Shown here piece by piece: positions 40,867 through 49,943 of a DNA stretch of 64,000 bases; position 1 is the first letter of the stretch; every line of letters begins with the position of its first letter. Source of the stretch: an uncultured Thermotogaceae bacterium (lineage in GTDB: Bacteria > Bipolaricaulota > Bipolaricaulia > Bipolaricaulales > Bipolaricaulaceae). The position numbers were made by a program, and so were the translations under genes. The DNA lies in the NCBI GenBank assembly GCA_964448595.1, contig CAYUWL010000001.1, forward strand, positions 23,222 to 87,221, read 5' to 3'. The notes under the pieces were generated by a model. That model saw nothing but the letters and a program-made list of their open reading frames with translations. It was not told the DNA's origin and did not search any database.

Positions 40867-42042
40867 ATGAGCAAGTACGATTTTATCGTCGCCGAGCTTG
40901 AGGGGCTCAAGGAGCAGGGGCTGTATAACATCATCCGTACCATCGAAAGCCCGGTGGGGGCCTGGACGGTGGTCGATGGCAGGCGCGTCCTCAACATGTG
41001 CTCCAATAACTACCTGGGGTTTGCCAACGATCCCCGCCTGAAAGCTGCGGCCCTCAAGGCAGTCGAGGAGTACGGGGTGGGGCCGGCAGCGGTGCGCTCC
41101 ATCGCCGGCACCATGTCCCTACATCACGAGCTGGAACGGAAGCTCGCCGAGTTCAAACACACCGAGGACGCGGTTTCATTCCAGTCAGGTTTCTGCGCTA
41201 ATTTGGCCACCATCCCTGCCCTTGTGGGGAAAGAGGGGGTGATCTTCACCGACGAGCTCAATCACGCCTCCATCATCGACGGCTGCCGGCTCACCAAGGC
41301 CGGGCGGGTGATCTACCCCCACCGGGACGTGGACGCCCTGGCCAAGGCGTTGGAAGACCACAAGGAGGCCCCGGTGAAGCTCATCGTCACCGACGGCGTT
41401 TTCTCCATGGACGGAGACCTGGCGCCGCTTCCGGGGATCGTGGAGGTGGCCGAACGCTACGATGCTCTGGTTTTGGTGGACGACGCCCACGGGGAGGGGG
41501 TCTTAGGGTCCCACGGCCGGGGGATCGTGGATCACTTTGGGCTCCACGGCCGGGTGGACATTGAGGTGGGGACCCTGTCCAAGGCGTTCGGCGTGGTCGG
41601 GGGGTATGTCGCCGGAAAGCGGGAGATCGTGGAGTACCTCAGGCAGCGGGGGAGGCCGTTCCTCTTCTCCAGCGCCACCACCCCGGCGGACGTGGCCGCC
41701 TGCATCGCCGCGGTGGACGTCTTGATGGAGACGGACGAGCCGGTGAGGAAGCTCTGGGATAACGCCCGCTACTTCAAGACCAAGATGGCGGAGCTAGGCT
41801 TTGACACCGGCCACTCCGAGACCCCCATCACCCCGGTCATGCTGGGGGAGGCCAAGACCGCCTGGGAGTTTTCTAAGAGGTTGTTCGAGGAGGACATCTT
41901 CGCCCAGGCCATAGCCTATCCTACGGTGCCCAGAGGAAAAGCCCGCATCCGGGTGATGATCTCCGCGGTGCACACTAAAGATGACCTGGACTTTGCGATA
42001 GACAAGTTCGCCAAAGTGGGCCGCGCCCTCGGGGTCGTCTAG
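40867..42042 (+). CDS. kbl: 2-amino-3-ketobutyrate CoA ligase (glycine C-acetyltransferase)
   Basis: PLP class II aminotransferase fold, Lys motif [13 protein letters not shown]. Confidence 0.9.
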   Translation: MSKYDFIVAELEGLKEQGLYNIIRTIESPVGAWTVVDGRRVLNMCSNNYLGFANDPRLKAAALKAVEEYGVGPAAVRSIAGTMSLHHELERKLAEFKHTEDAVSFQSGFCANLATIPALVGKEGVIFTDELNHASIIDGCRLTKAGRVIYPHRDVDALAKALEDHKEAPVKLIVTDGVFSMDGDLAPLPGIVEVAERYDALVLVDDAHGEGVLGSHGRGIVDHFGLHGRVDIEVGTLSKAFGVVGGYVAGKREIVEYLRQRGRPFLFSSATTPADVAACIAAVDVLMETDEPVRKLWDNARYFKTKMAELGFDTGHSETPITPVMLGEAKTAWEFSKRLFEEDIFAQAIAYPTVPRGKARIRVMISAVHTKDDLDFAIDKFAKVGRALGVV

Positions 42043-42056
42043 CTTGGGAAAGTGTT

Positions 42057-42081
42057 GGGGAGCCTGGTTTTCGGGCTCCCC
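42057..42081. terminator. GC-rich hairpin between convergent kbl and the M50 protease gene
   Basis: GGGGAGCC ... GGCTCCCC, 8 perfect bp extendable by G-U/G-C pairs, 3-nt loop; no clear U-tract. Confidence 0.4.
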
Positions 42082-42084
42082 GCC

Positions 42085-42747
42085 CTATATCAGCCCGGAG
42101 AGGAGGACCCAGCGGGTCCCCACCAGCTGCAGCCAAAGGGAATACGCCCCCTGGAACACGAGCTCCAGCGCCCCGATGATGAGGAGCACCACCACGATGA
42201 CGATCCCCACTTGCTCCAGGCGCACAAGCTGGAGCCGCATCCGCGGCGGAAGGAAATAGGCAAGCACCCGGGAGCCGTCCAATGGGGGCACGGGGATGAG
42301 ATTGAACAGTGCAAGGACGAGCGACAGAAGTACGATGAGCCCCAGGAAGTAAAGCAGCCACCGGGCCGTGAGCCCGAGGGCGATCAGGGCGCGGCCTGTT
42401 CCAGCTACAATAAGGGCCATGAGCACGTTGGTGGCAGGGCCGGCCAGTCCCACCCAAAGCATCCCCCGCCACGGGTTCCGGAAGTAGTTAGGGTTGATGG
42501 GCACAGGCTTGGCCCAGCCGAACACGATGGGAAATCCAGCAAATCGCCGCAAGAGAAGCAGCGCTACCGGAAGCAGTACCGAGCCGATGGGATCAAGATG
42601 ACGGATGGGATTGAGGGAGAGGCGACCGGACAGCTTGGCCGTGGGATCTCCCAATCTCCAGGCCACGTATCCGTGGGCCACCTCGTGGGGGATGATGCAC
42701 ACGAGCAGTGCGGCCACGGCCATCAGGCCCTCCCCGAGCTCGTTCAC
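42085..42747 (-). CDS. Site-2 protease family (M50) membrane metalloprotease
   Basis: HEVAHG zinc motif inside a TM helix, several further TM segments; GTGA overlap with the upstream gene. Confidence 0.8.
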   Translation of the reverse strand: MNELGEGLMAVAALLVCIIPHEVAHGYVAWRLGDPTAKLSGRLSLNPIRHLDPIGSVLLPVALLLLRRFAGFPIVFGWAKPVPINPNYFRNPWRGMLWVGLAGPATNVLMALIVAGTGRALIALGLTARWLLYFLGLIVLLSLVLALFNLIPVPPLDGSRVLAYFLPPRMRLQLVRLEQVGIVIVVVLLIIGALELVFQGAYSLWLQLVGTRWVLLSGLI

Positions 42748-44204
42748 GGGCTTTCCTCCCCCGATACCACGATCACCGACTCCTCCTTTAGGATCACCGC
42801 ACCCGGCGGTGCACCTCTTGGCTTACGCAGATGCCGAGCTTCAGTGTAGCTGACCGGGACCTTCCGCTCACCCCGGGCCCGGGAGTGCCAGGCGGCGAGC
42901 CGAGCTGCCTGCCTGAGCACCCCTTCGGGGACTTCCCTGCCACTGGTACGCACGACCACGTGGGCGCCGGGCACCCCGCGGGCATGAAGCCACAGGTCGT
43001 GGGGCTGGGCCTCGCGCACCAGGCGGTCGTTCTCCTCCGCCGACCGGCCGACAAGCACGGTGAAGTCCCCGATGCGGAGCTGCCGCGGCCGCGCCGGCGG
43101 GGGGGCTTTGCCGTGGCGCTGCTGGGGGAGAGCCCCGAGGAGCGAAAGCTCCCCGACTAGGAAAGGCGCAAGCTCCGGCCTCTCCGTGAGCGTCTTTTCA
43201 AGTTCTTTCAGCCTGACAAGCTCCTTTCGCAAGGCCTCCTCCCTTTTGGGCAAGGCCGATAACCTGCGCCGCAGCTTCCCCGCCCGACGGTACAAGGCCT
43301 GGGCGTAAGCCACAGGCGTAAGCGTAGGATCCAGCTTGAGCCGCACCTGCCTCCCATCAAACCCCTCTATTTCCACCTCGGCCCTCCCTCGGGGGATGTC
43401 GGAAAGGCGAGCCAGGATCAGATCTGCCTTCTCCTTGAGTTCGACCCAGCGAGCTGCCTCTTTTCGCTCGGCAGCAAGGGCCTTGAGGGCGCGGCGTCGC
43501 CTAAGGATGGCCCGCCCCACCCCTTGCAGGTAGCGCCGGGCCAGGGAGAGCGAAAGCCGCGCCTCCAGGGCCCGGTCCAGGGCTTGCCAGAACGTAGGAT
43601 ATTCCTGAGCGGCCTCCCCCAGGTCAGGCCGGGGGAAGAAGCTCGCCACCGGCCCCTGGTCCGTCTCGTAGAGAAACCCTCGGGGAGCTTGGGCAAGGAG
43701 TTTGGTTGCAAAGGCGCGCAGGGCTTCCTCACCTTCCAGCTGACCTAAGGAGGCCGCTCTTTTTAAGCCCGGGCCCATCCCGGCGAGTACGTCCCCATCC
43801 TGGCCGAACTCCACTGGCAGGCCTGTGTCCTCCCTGAGGGAGGCGATCACCCGCCCTTCCTGTATCAAGAGGAGGTTCCCCAGTCGGGGACGGAGGTCGA
43901 GGATCACGTCCCCTCCTTGGAAGCGCAGGCGGATCAGGCGGTCGTAGCCCGCCTGTTCGATTACAAGTAGCTTTTGACCCTCAAGGCGGCGGAGGATACG
44001 GCAGAAGGGAGGGGGTTCTGGTGGGGTGGGGGGGCGAAGGGCAGTACGGTGAAAGGCCTTTCCGCTTACATCCAAGACCAGGGCCCCAGTTGGTGAAAAA
44101 AACCTGAGAAAGAACACCTCGTCCACCTGGTGCACCTTCGCCAGGCGCGCCCCGAGGAGCCCCCGTGCTTCCTCGATCGCCACCCGGAGCTCGATCCCCT
44201 CCAT
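42744..44204 (-). CDS. rqcH: NFACT-family ribosome quality control protein (RqcH / FbpA-like)
   Basis: NFACT-N start MEGIELRVAIEE..., coiled-coil middle, NFACT-R (DUF814) LWLHARGVPGAHVVV; start trimmed from ORF end 44276. Confidence 0.8.
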   Translation of the reverse strand: MEGIELRVAIEEARGLLGARLAKVHQVDEVFFLRFFSPTGALVLDVSGKAFHRTALRPPTPPEPPPFCRILRRLEGQKLLVIEQAGYDRLIRLRFQGGDVILDLRPRLGNLLLIQEGRVIASLREDTGLPVEFGQDGDVLAGMGPGLKRAASLGQLEGEEALRAFATKLLAQAPRGFLYETDQGPVASFFPRPDLGEAAQEYPTFWQALDRALEARLSLSLARRYLQGVGRAILRRRRALKALAAERKEAARWVELKEKADLILARLSDIPRGRAEVEIEGFDGRQVRLKLDPTLTPVAYAQALYRRAGKLRRRLSALPKREEALRKELVRLKELEKTLTERPELAPFLVGELSLLGALPQQRHGKAPPPARPRQLRIGDFTVLVGRSAEENDRLVREAQPHDLWLHARGVPGAHVVVRTSGREVPEGVLRQAARLAAWHSRARGERKVPVSYTEARHLRKPRGAPPGAVILKEESVIVVSGEESP

Positions 44205-44208
44205 CCGG

Positions 44209-45273
44209 CTACGCCTTTGGCTCCGCCTCCGGGAGCAGGTGCAGCTTGGCCGCCCCTTCCATGGCCCTCTCCGCAAGCGCGGTCAGTTGCCGGCGGGTCT
44301 CCTGCAGCTCAAGATGAAGGCCTTTGAGTTCCTCCTCAAGGGATCTATTGACCTCTTGGAGATGGGCTATCGTCTGCTCCAGCATCTTCTTCTCCCACTC
44401 CCGCTCAAGTTGGGCGAGCTTGAGCCTTTGCTCCATCTCCTTTTCCACCTCGGCCCTGGCTTCTACTCGGGCCTGCTCCACGGCAGCGGCGAGCCTTTCC
44501 GGGAAGGCCTCGATCTCCTCCCGCATGCGCTCTAGCTCCTCCTCTCTTTTGCGCAGGGCCTCCTCTCGCTCCTTAAGCTCCCGCTCCGTTTCCTCCCTCA
44601 GTCGCGTCAGCTCCCGCTCCAAGGCGGCTTTCCTGTCGGCATGCTCTTCCTCCAACAGGCGCCTATCCCTCTCAAGCTGGTAGCGATATTCCGCCTCTTC
44701 CCTCTCCCTGGCCCGGAGCGTCTCCTCACGCTCTCGTTCCCACTTGGCCCGCTCCTCGGCGATCTCCTGTTCCAGTGCCGCCCGCTTTTCGGCATACGCT
44801 TTTTCAAGCTCTTCCTGCTTTTTAGCGTAGCTTTCTTCAAGTTCGGCAAGGCGCGCTTTGAACTCGGCTTCCAGGCGGGCCCTCTCCTCGTCGTAGGCGG
44901 AGGCGAGCTTCTTCATCGTGTCGGCGGCGTATTCGATGTCGTGCAGCTCCTTCAGCCGCGCTTTCTGGAGCTCTATCGCCCTGTTTAGCTGCTCCAGCTG
45001 CTCGGCTTGCTCCGCCATCTTATCAGACAGCTCGTTTAAAGTGGCACCGATGAGCTGCTTGAGCTTGGCTATCCCTTCGTGGACCGAGCTTGCCGTGATT
45101 TCCCGGGCCAGGTCCTGGGCCTGGCGGTCCTTCCGCTTTTGCAGCTCGGTGAGCTTTCTCTCGGCCTCCTCCCTCGCCGCCATCTCCTCCTTGAGGGCAT
45201 CGAGCAGTCGGTTGTACTCCTCGATGATCTCTTTCTTGGTCATCGCCTGGGAGACTTTCTCTTTGTACTTCAT
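44209..45273 (-). CDS. Glu/Arg/Lys/Ala-rich long coiled-coil or single-alpha-helix protein, unknown function
   Basis: 354 aa from MKYKEKVSQ; almost wholly charged heptad-like sequence (EERAKWEREREETLRAREREEAEYRYQLERDRR...); stops 4 nt before the rqcH start. Confidence 0.6.
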   Translation of the reverse strand: MKYKEKVSQAMTKKEIIEEYNRLLDALKEEMAAREEAERKLTELQKRKDRQAQDLAREITASSVHEGIAKLKQLIGATLNELSDKMAEQAEQLEQLNRAIELQKARLKELHDIEYAADTMKKLASAYDEERARLEAEFKARLAELEESYAKKQEELEKAYAEKRAALEQEIAEERAKWEREREETLRAREREEAEYRYQLERDRRLLEEEHADRKAALERELTRLREETERELKEREEALRKREEELERMREEIEAFPERLAAAVEQARVEARAEVEKEMEQRLKLAQLEREWEKKMLEQTIAHLQEVNRSLEEELKGLHLELQETRRQLTALAERAMEGAAKLHLLPEAEPKA

Positions 45274-45379
45274 GGCCTCACCCCTGTTTGTGTTTACCAG
45301 AAGTATACTCCCAAACGTGGTTTCCGGTTCACTCAAGGCCTGTCCTGCCTCGGGGCGTGCCTTGCTCTGCCATTTCTCC

Positions 45380-45709
45380 TTAAAGTTTGTAGGAGCTTTC
45401 CCACAGGCCGTGGATGTTGCAGTACTCCACGGCAATCAGTTCCGAAAAGCCCTCCAAGTTGGCGTGGGCGGTCACCTCCGGGGCCCCATAGGTGGGTCCC
45501 AAATCGAAGGTGGCGATGTGTACCGCCACCCCGCCCCGCACCCCGAACAGCATGATCCACTTGATGTGGTGCTCCACCGTGTTGGGATGCGGCACCTCCT
45601 TCCCCACCGTGATCTTCACCGCCCGGCCACCGTCCACCAGCTCGATCACCGGGACGTGTTTTTCCTTGCCCTCCGCCGCGGCGGTTTTTACCAGTTCACC
45701 AAGTCGCAT
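45380..45709 (-). CDS. sor: Superoxide reductase, 1Fe (neelaredoxin) type
   Basis: EKHVPVIE, HPNTVEHHIKW, CNIHGLW ligand motifs; start trimmed from ORF end 45880. Confidence 0.88.
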   Translation of the reverse strand: MRLGELVKTAAAEGKEKHVPVIELVDGGRAVKITVGKEVPHPNTVEHHIKWIMLFGVRGGVAVHIATFDLGPTYGAPEVTAHANLEGFSELIAVEYCNIHGLWESSYKL

Positions 45710-45723
45710 GTAAACCTCCTTAT

Positions 45724-47031
45724 CTAGCCCGAGAGCATCCGGGTGATGTCCTCCTTGGGCTCCCCGATCAGCCGCAGGTCGTATTCCGCCTGTAGCACCT
45801 TGAGGATGTCCTCGTTCACCCAGGCGGGCAGGATCGGCCCGAGGTAAACGCCTTTTATCCCAAGTGCCAGAAGCGACCACAGGACGGCCACCGCCTTCTG
45901 CTCCATCCAGGAGATGACCAAGCTCAGGGGGAGGTCATTTATCCCCACCCCGAACAGGTCCGCCAGCGCTTTGGCCAAGTCGATGGCCACGATGGAGTCG
46001 TTACACTGCCCCAGGTCGATGAGGCGCGGGATCCCCTCGATCTCCCCGAGCTCAAGATCGTTGAACCGGAATTTCCCGCAGGCCAAAGTCAAGACGATCG
46101 TGTCCTGCGGAAGGGCTTGGACGAACTCGCGGTAGTAGGTGGATTTCTTAAGCGGGGCGTCGCAGCCTCCCACCAGGAAGAAGTGCCGGATCTTCCCGGC
46201 CTCCACCAGCTCCTTGATCTTCCCCGCCAAAGGAAGGATGGAACCCAGGGAATAGCCGGTGGTCAGGGTGACTTCCCCCGGGGCCTCGGGGAGCCCCGGG
46301 AGCGAAAGCGCCTTTTCGATCAGGGGGGAGTAGTCGTAGCCCGGCAGGTATCTCACGCCGGGGAGGCGGGCCGGCCCGGTGGTGAACATCCGATCCCGAT
46401 ACTCCTCCCGGGGCAGGAGCACGCAGTTGGAGGTTCCCAGGATGGCCGCCGGGATCTTGGAGAACAGCGCCTTTTGGTCGAACCAGGCCTTCCCTAGGTT
46501 TCCTGCAAGGTGCGGGAACTTCCGAAGCCCGGGGTAGCCGTGGGCCGGCAAAAGCTCGGAGTGGGTGTAAACGTTGATCCCAGTGCCCTCGGTCTGTTCC
46601 AGCAGGGCATGCAGGGCCTTGAGGCCGTGCCCGGTGGCGATGATGGCATGTCCCTTGACGGTTCCGGTCCTCACTTGGGTGGGGGCGGGCTCCCCGAAGG
46701 TTTCGATATGGGCCTTCTTCAAGAGCCGCATGGTTCTAAGGTTCATCTCCCCCGCCTCCACGGCCAACTCCACGAAACTCTCGGCGTCGAAATTTACGTT
46801 GGTGAAGGTGGCGTAGAAGGCCCTTTCCAGGAAGGCGTCGATTTCCGGGTCGGTGTAGCCCAGCTCCCGGGCATGATAGAGATAGGCGGCCATCCCTTTC
46901 GTGGCCAATAGCAGGTTGTCCTGCAGCCGGGCCACGGTGGGGGACTTCCCGCATACCCCCCATCGGGTACAGCCGGTCCCCCCGGTGGTCTGGGAGCACT
47001 GATAGCAGAACATGTCCAGCTTCTCAGGCAT
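45724..47031 (-). CDS. hcp: Hybrid cluster protein (hydroxylamine reductase), short class
   Basis: N-terminal Cys motif [23 protein letters not shown]; Hcp family throughout; start at MPEKLD. Confidence 0.9.
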   Translation of the reverse strand: MPEKLDMFCYQCSQTTGGTGCTRWGVCGKSPTVARLQDNLLLATKGMAAYLYHARELGYTDPEIDAFLERAFYATFTNVNFDAESFVELAVEAGEMNLRTMRLLKKAHIETFGEPAPTQVRTGTVKGHAIIATGHGLKALHALLEQTEGTGINVYTHSELLPAHGYPGLRKFPHLAGNLGKAWFDQKALFSKIPAAILGTSNCVLLPREEYRDRMFTTGPARLPGVRYLPGYDYSPLIEKALSLPGLPEAPGEVTLTTGYSLGSILPLAGKIKELVEAGKIRHFFLVGGCDAPLKKSTYYREFVQALPQDTIVLTLACGKFRFNDLELGEIEGIPRLIDLGQCNDSIVAIDLAKALADLFGVGINDLPLSLVISWMEQKAVAVLWSLLALGIKGVYLGPILPAWVNEDILKVLQAEYDLRLIGEPKEDITRMLSG

Positions 47032-47075
47032 CGTATCTTCTCCCCCTGTGATCTGAAAGCTCGGCAGGGACTCCG

Positions 47076-47237
47076 TCAACCCTGCTTTTCGAACATGTCT
47101 TTGCCCGCCCCGCACTCGGGACAGACCCAATCATCGGGGAGATCCTCAAAGGGGGTAGCGGGAGCGATGCCGCTTTGAGGGTCGCCCTTCTCCGGGTCAT
47201 ACACATACCCGCACACGGTGCATATCCACTTTTCCAT
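47076..47237 (-). CDS. rub: Rubredoxin
   Basis: Not in the ORF track (53 aa); hand translation [53 protein letters not shown]; two CxxCG knuckles. Confidence 0.9.
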   Translation of the reverse strand: MEKWICTVCGYVYDPEKGDPQSGIAPATPFEDLPDDWVCPECGAGKDMFEKQG

Positions 47238-47758
47238 CACTTCCTCCTTCCTCGTATCGTCTTTCTGTACTCGTTGTAGGTGAGGGGCTCGCCTTCCTCC
47301 CGCACCCCGGCCTGGGTAACCTGTGCCACAAACAGGGTGTGGGTATTAAGATCGAGCGTGAGTTCTGGGATTACGGTGCACTCCCAGAACGCTTTAGCAT
47401 TCGGGAGGATCGGGCAGCCGTTTTCGCCCTTCTCATAGGCGAAGTCGGCGAATTTGTCGACGTTGCGGCCGGACTGGAACCCGAACCGGCGGATGATCGC
47501 CGGTGAGTCCGGATTTTCCCTGTCGAGGGCGTTTAAGATGAACTTCCCCGTCTCGGCGATCATCTCGTGGGTGAGGGATTTCTTTCCCACCCCGATCGCG
47601 ATCCGGGGTGGGGCGCTTGTGACCTGCATCGCCGCATCGAGGCACTGCCCGTTCGCCCTCCCGCCGCGGACGGCGGTGAGGACGTACAGGCCATGCGTCA
47701 TCTCGAACAGGGTTTGGTTCAGCCCCGCCGGATCGCTTGGGATTCGGAAGCGGTTCAC
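47237..47758 (-). CDS. Flavin reductase-like (flavoredoxin / Hrb N-domain-like) FMN protein
   Basis: Flavin_Reduct-type sequence [36 protein letters not shown]; its stop shares one base with the rubredoxin ATG (TGATG). Confidence 0.7.
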   Translation of the reverse strand: MNRFRIPSDPAGLNQTLFEMTHGLYVLTAVRGGRANGQCLDAAMQVTSAPPRIAIGVGKKSLTHEMIAETGKFILNALDRENPDSPAIIRRFGFQSGRNVDKFADFAYEKGENGCPILPNAKAFWECTVIPELTLDLNTHTLFVAQVTQAGVREEGEPLTYNEYRKTIRGRRK

Positions 47759-48258
47759 TCCTCTTTCCCTTCCGTCCGCGTCCCGAGCTCGCGATCGATC
47801 ATGATCAGCCCGTGGCCGGAATCACCGACCCGTTCCAGGAGCTCCACCGCCTTCCTCGTCTGGTCTTCCTCCTCCACCTGCTCGGCCACAAACCAGCTCA
47901 GCATCTGGAAGGCAGCATGGTCCTTTTCGGCCTGGGCCAGCTCCACCAGCTCGTGGATCCTCCCGGTGATGTGCCGCTCGTGCTCGTAGGCGGCCCGGAA
48001 CGCGGCCAGCGGTGACTCCCACCCCCCTTGGGGCTCCTTCAGGGCCCGCAGGGTTACCTTGCCGCCCCGCTCTACCAGGTGGTCGAAGATCTTGAGGGCG
48101 TGCTCAACCTCCTCCTTGGCCTGAAGCCGCATCCAGCGGGCCATCCCATCCAGGCCTTCCCCGTGGAAGTAGGCGGCCATAGCGAGGTACAGATAGGCGG
48201 AGAACAGCTCCTCATTTATCTGTTCGTTCAACGCTTCCTCCATCCTCTTTTCGATCAT
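47755..48258 (-). CDS. ftn: Ferritin
   Basis: LNEQINEELFSAYLYLAMAAYF ... EEVEHALK ferroxidase ligands; start at MIEKRMEE. Confidence 0.88.
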   Translation of the reverse strand: MIEKRMEEALNEQINEELFSAYLYLAMAAYFHGEGLDGMARWMRLQAKEEVEHALKIFDHLVERGGKVTLRALKEPQGGWESPLAAFRAAYEHERHITGRIHELVELAQAEKDHAAFQMLSWFVAEQVEEEDQTRKAVELLERVGDSGHGLIMIDRELGTRTEGKEE

Positions 48259-48269
48259 CCTTCCTCCTT

Positions 48270-48929
48270 TCAGCTTGAGAGCTTCTTGTGGCAGAACCAC
48301 CAGTCATAGCAATCGATGGCCCCGGCTTTGGCCTCCTTAAGGCGCCCCTTTGCGCCCTCCTCGGAGGCGGGCGGCGGGACGATGATCCGATCCCCGATGA
48401 GTTCGTTATTCGGCCAGCCAGCGGGAATGGCCGCCTTCTCCTTGTCCGCAAGCTGCAGGGCCCTCACCAGCCGCAGGATCTCGTCCATGTTCCGCCCCAC
48501 GTTCAGGGGGTAGTAGATGATCGCTCGTACGATCCCTTTCGGGTCGATGACGAACACCGCCCGCACCGTCTGGGACTCGGCCGCCTCCGGGTGAAGCATC
48601 CCGAAGGACGCCCCGATCTTCCCTGTGTTATCGGCGATGACAGGGAACTCGATCTCCACCCCCAGCTTTTCCTTGATCCACTCCACCCACTTGATGTGGG
48701 AGAACACCTGGTCGATGGAGAGGCCGATGAGCTCGCAGCCTAGCTTCTTGAACTCGTCGTATCTTTTCTGGAAGGCCACAAATTCCGTAGTACACACCGG
48801 GGTGTAGTCCGCCGGGTGAGAGAAGAGGACGACCCATTTCCCCTCGTAGTCCTTCGGGAAGTTGATGGGGCCGTGGGTGGTCTGCGCCCTGAGCTGCGGC
48901 GCCGGATCTCCGATAAGCGGAAGCTCCAT
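48270..48929 (-). CDS. Peroxiredoxin (Prx6-like with C-terminal Cys pair)
   Basis: Peroxidatic [15 protein letters not shown]; C-terminal CYDWWFC; start at MELPLIGD. Confidence 0.9.
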   Translation of the reverse strand: MELPLIGDPAPQLRAQTTHGPINFPKDYEGKWVVLFSHPADYTPVCTTEFVAFQKRYDEFKKLGCELIGLSIDQVFSHIKWVEWIKEKLGVEIEFPVIADNTGKIGASFGMLHPEAAESQTVRAVFVIDPKGIVRAIIYYPLNVGRNMDEILRLVRALQLADKEKAAIPAGWPNNELIGDRIIVPPPASEEGAKGRLKEAKAGAIDCYDWWFCHKKLSS

Positions 48930-48940
48930 ATTGCACCTCC

Positions 48941-49444
48941 TTAAAAGCTCTTGAACTTTTCGCGGGGGGCGCCGCACACCGGGCAGTACTCCGGGGCCTC
49001 TCCCTCCACGGTGTAGCCGCACACCGGACAGATGTAGACAGTCTTTAGCTCGATGTCCTGCCCTTTCGCGGCGGCCTCTTTGGCCTTCTCGTACATCCGG
49101 GCGTGGATCTTCTCCGCCTCCAAGGCGTAGTGGATGGCTCGCCTGGCCCCGGCCTCCCCTTGCAGCTCGGCCACTGCCAGGTATGCGGGGTACATCTCCT
49201 CCACCTCGAACGTCTCCCCGGCGATGGCCTCGGCCAGGTTCTCAGGGGTCTTCCCTATGCCTCCGAGCTCCCCCAGGTGGTTTGCCGCGTGCACCTGCTC
49301 CGCGTAGGCGATGGCGCGGAACAGCCTGGCGATGTTGGGCTTACCTTCCCGCTCGGCGGCCTCGGCGAAGATGAGGTAGCGCATGTGGGCCTGGGATTCG
49401 CCGGCGAACGCAGCTTTCAAGTTCTCCTCAGTCATCTTGCGCAT
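48941..49444 (-). CDS. rbr: Rubrerythrin
   Basis: Diiron four-helix bundle (two E..ExxH motifs) plus C-terminal CPVCG...CPVCG rubredoxin-like domain. Confidence 0.92.
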   Translation of the reverse strand: MRKMTEENLKAAFAGESQAHMRYLIFAEAAEREGKPNIARLFRAIAYAEQVHAANHLGELGGIGKTPENLAEAIAGETFEVEEMYPAYLAVAELQGEAGARRAIHYALEAEKIHARMYEKAKEAAAKGQDIELKTVYICPVCGYTVEGEAPEYCPVCGAPREKFKSF

Positions 49445-49456
49445 AGTTCCTCCTTC

Positions 49457-49864
49457 TCAGTGTTCCTCCTGGCAGCGGGGACAGATTCCTTTCAAGGTCA
49501 GTTCGTGGCCTGTGATCCGGAAGCCTGGGCCGAGATCGAGGTGGTCTAGTTCGGCCTGGTAGGGAATATCGACGTCGTAGACCCGGCCGCAGGAAAGGCA
49601 CAGGAAGTGATAGTGAGGCTTAGTATTGGGATCGAACCGATCCGCCTGCTTCCCGTGGAGCTCTTTTACCTTCCCCTCCCTGGCTAGGGCCCGCAGGTTC
49701 CGGTAGACGGTGGCCAAGCTGATGTCATGGCCTTGCTCTTTGAGTTCCCGATAGAGTTCCTCGGCGGTGGGGTGGTCGGTGCGCCCTTCCAAGGCCTGGA
49801 CGATGATCCGCCGCTGCTTGGTCCAACGCCATCCCTGCCGCCCGCCTTCTTTCATGATCATCAT
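49457..49864 (-). CDS. perR: Fur-family peroxide-responsive regulator (PerR-like)
   Basis: wHTH TAEELYRELKEQGHDISLATVYRNL; HYHFLCLSCG and CPRCQ zinc sites; heads the stress operon. Start uncertain (Met codons at 49870, 49864, 49861, 49855). Confidence 0.8.
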   Translation of the reverse strand: MMIMKEGGRQGWRWTKQRRIIVQALEGRTDHPTAEELYRELKEQGHDISLATVYRNLRALAREGKVKELHGKQADRFDPNTKPHYHFLCLSCGRVYDVDIPYQAELDHLDLGPGFRITGHELTLKGICPRCQEEH

Positions 49865-49868
49865 TTGC

Positions 49869-49897
49869 ATTTTAAGGAAGGCCGGGACGGTTGTCAA
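49869..49897 (-). promoter_or_regulatory. Strong sigma-70-type promoter for the perR operon (TTGACA-17 nt-TAAAAT), implying a leaderless or near-leaderless perR mRNA
   Basis: Minus strand reads TTGACAaccgtcccggccttcctTAAAATgcaaATGATG; the -10 abuts the first Met codons. Confidence 0.5.
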
Positions 49898-49943
49898 CCT
49901 GCCTGTAGGGGGAGAAGGCCGGGCGCTTAAAATCTAGGTTGCC

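Noticed and set aside
47024-47206. 60-aa minus-strand ORF from the track ([14 protein letters not shown]...)
   Set aside because: A different frame of the same strand encodes a textbook rubredoxin (47076-47237), so the listed ORF is an out-of-frame artefact.
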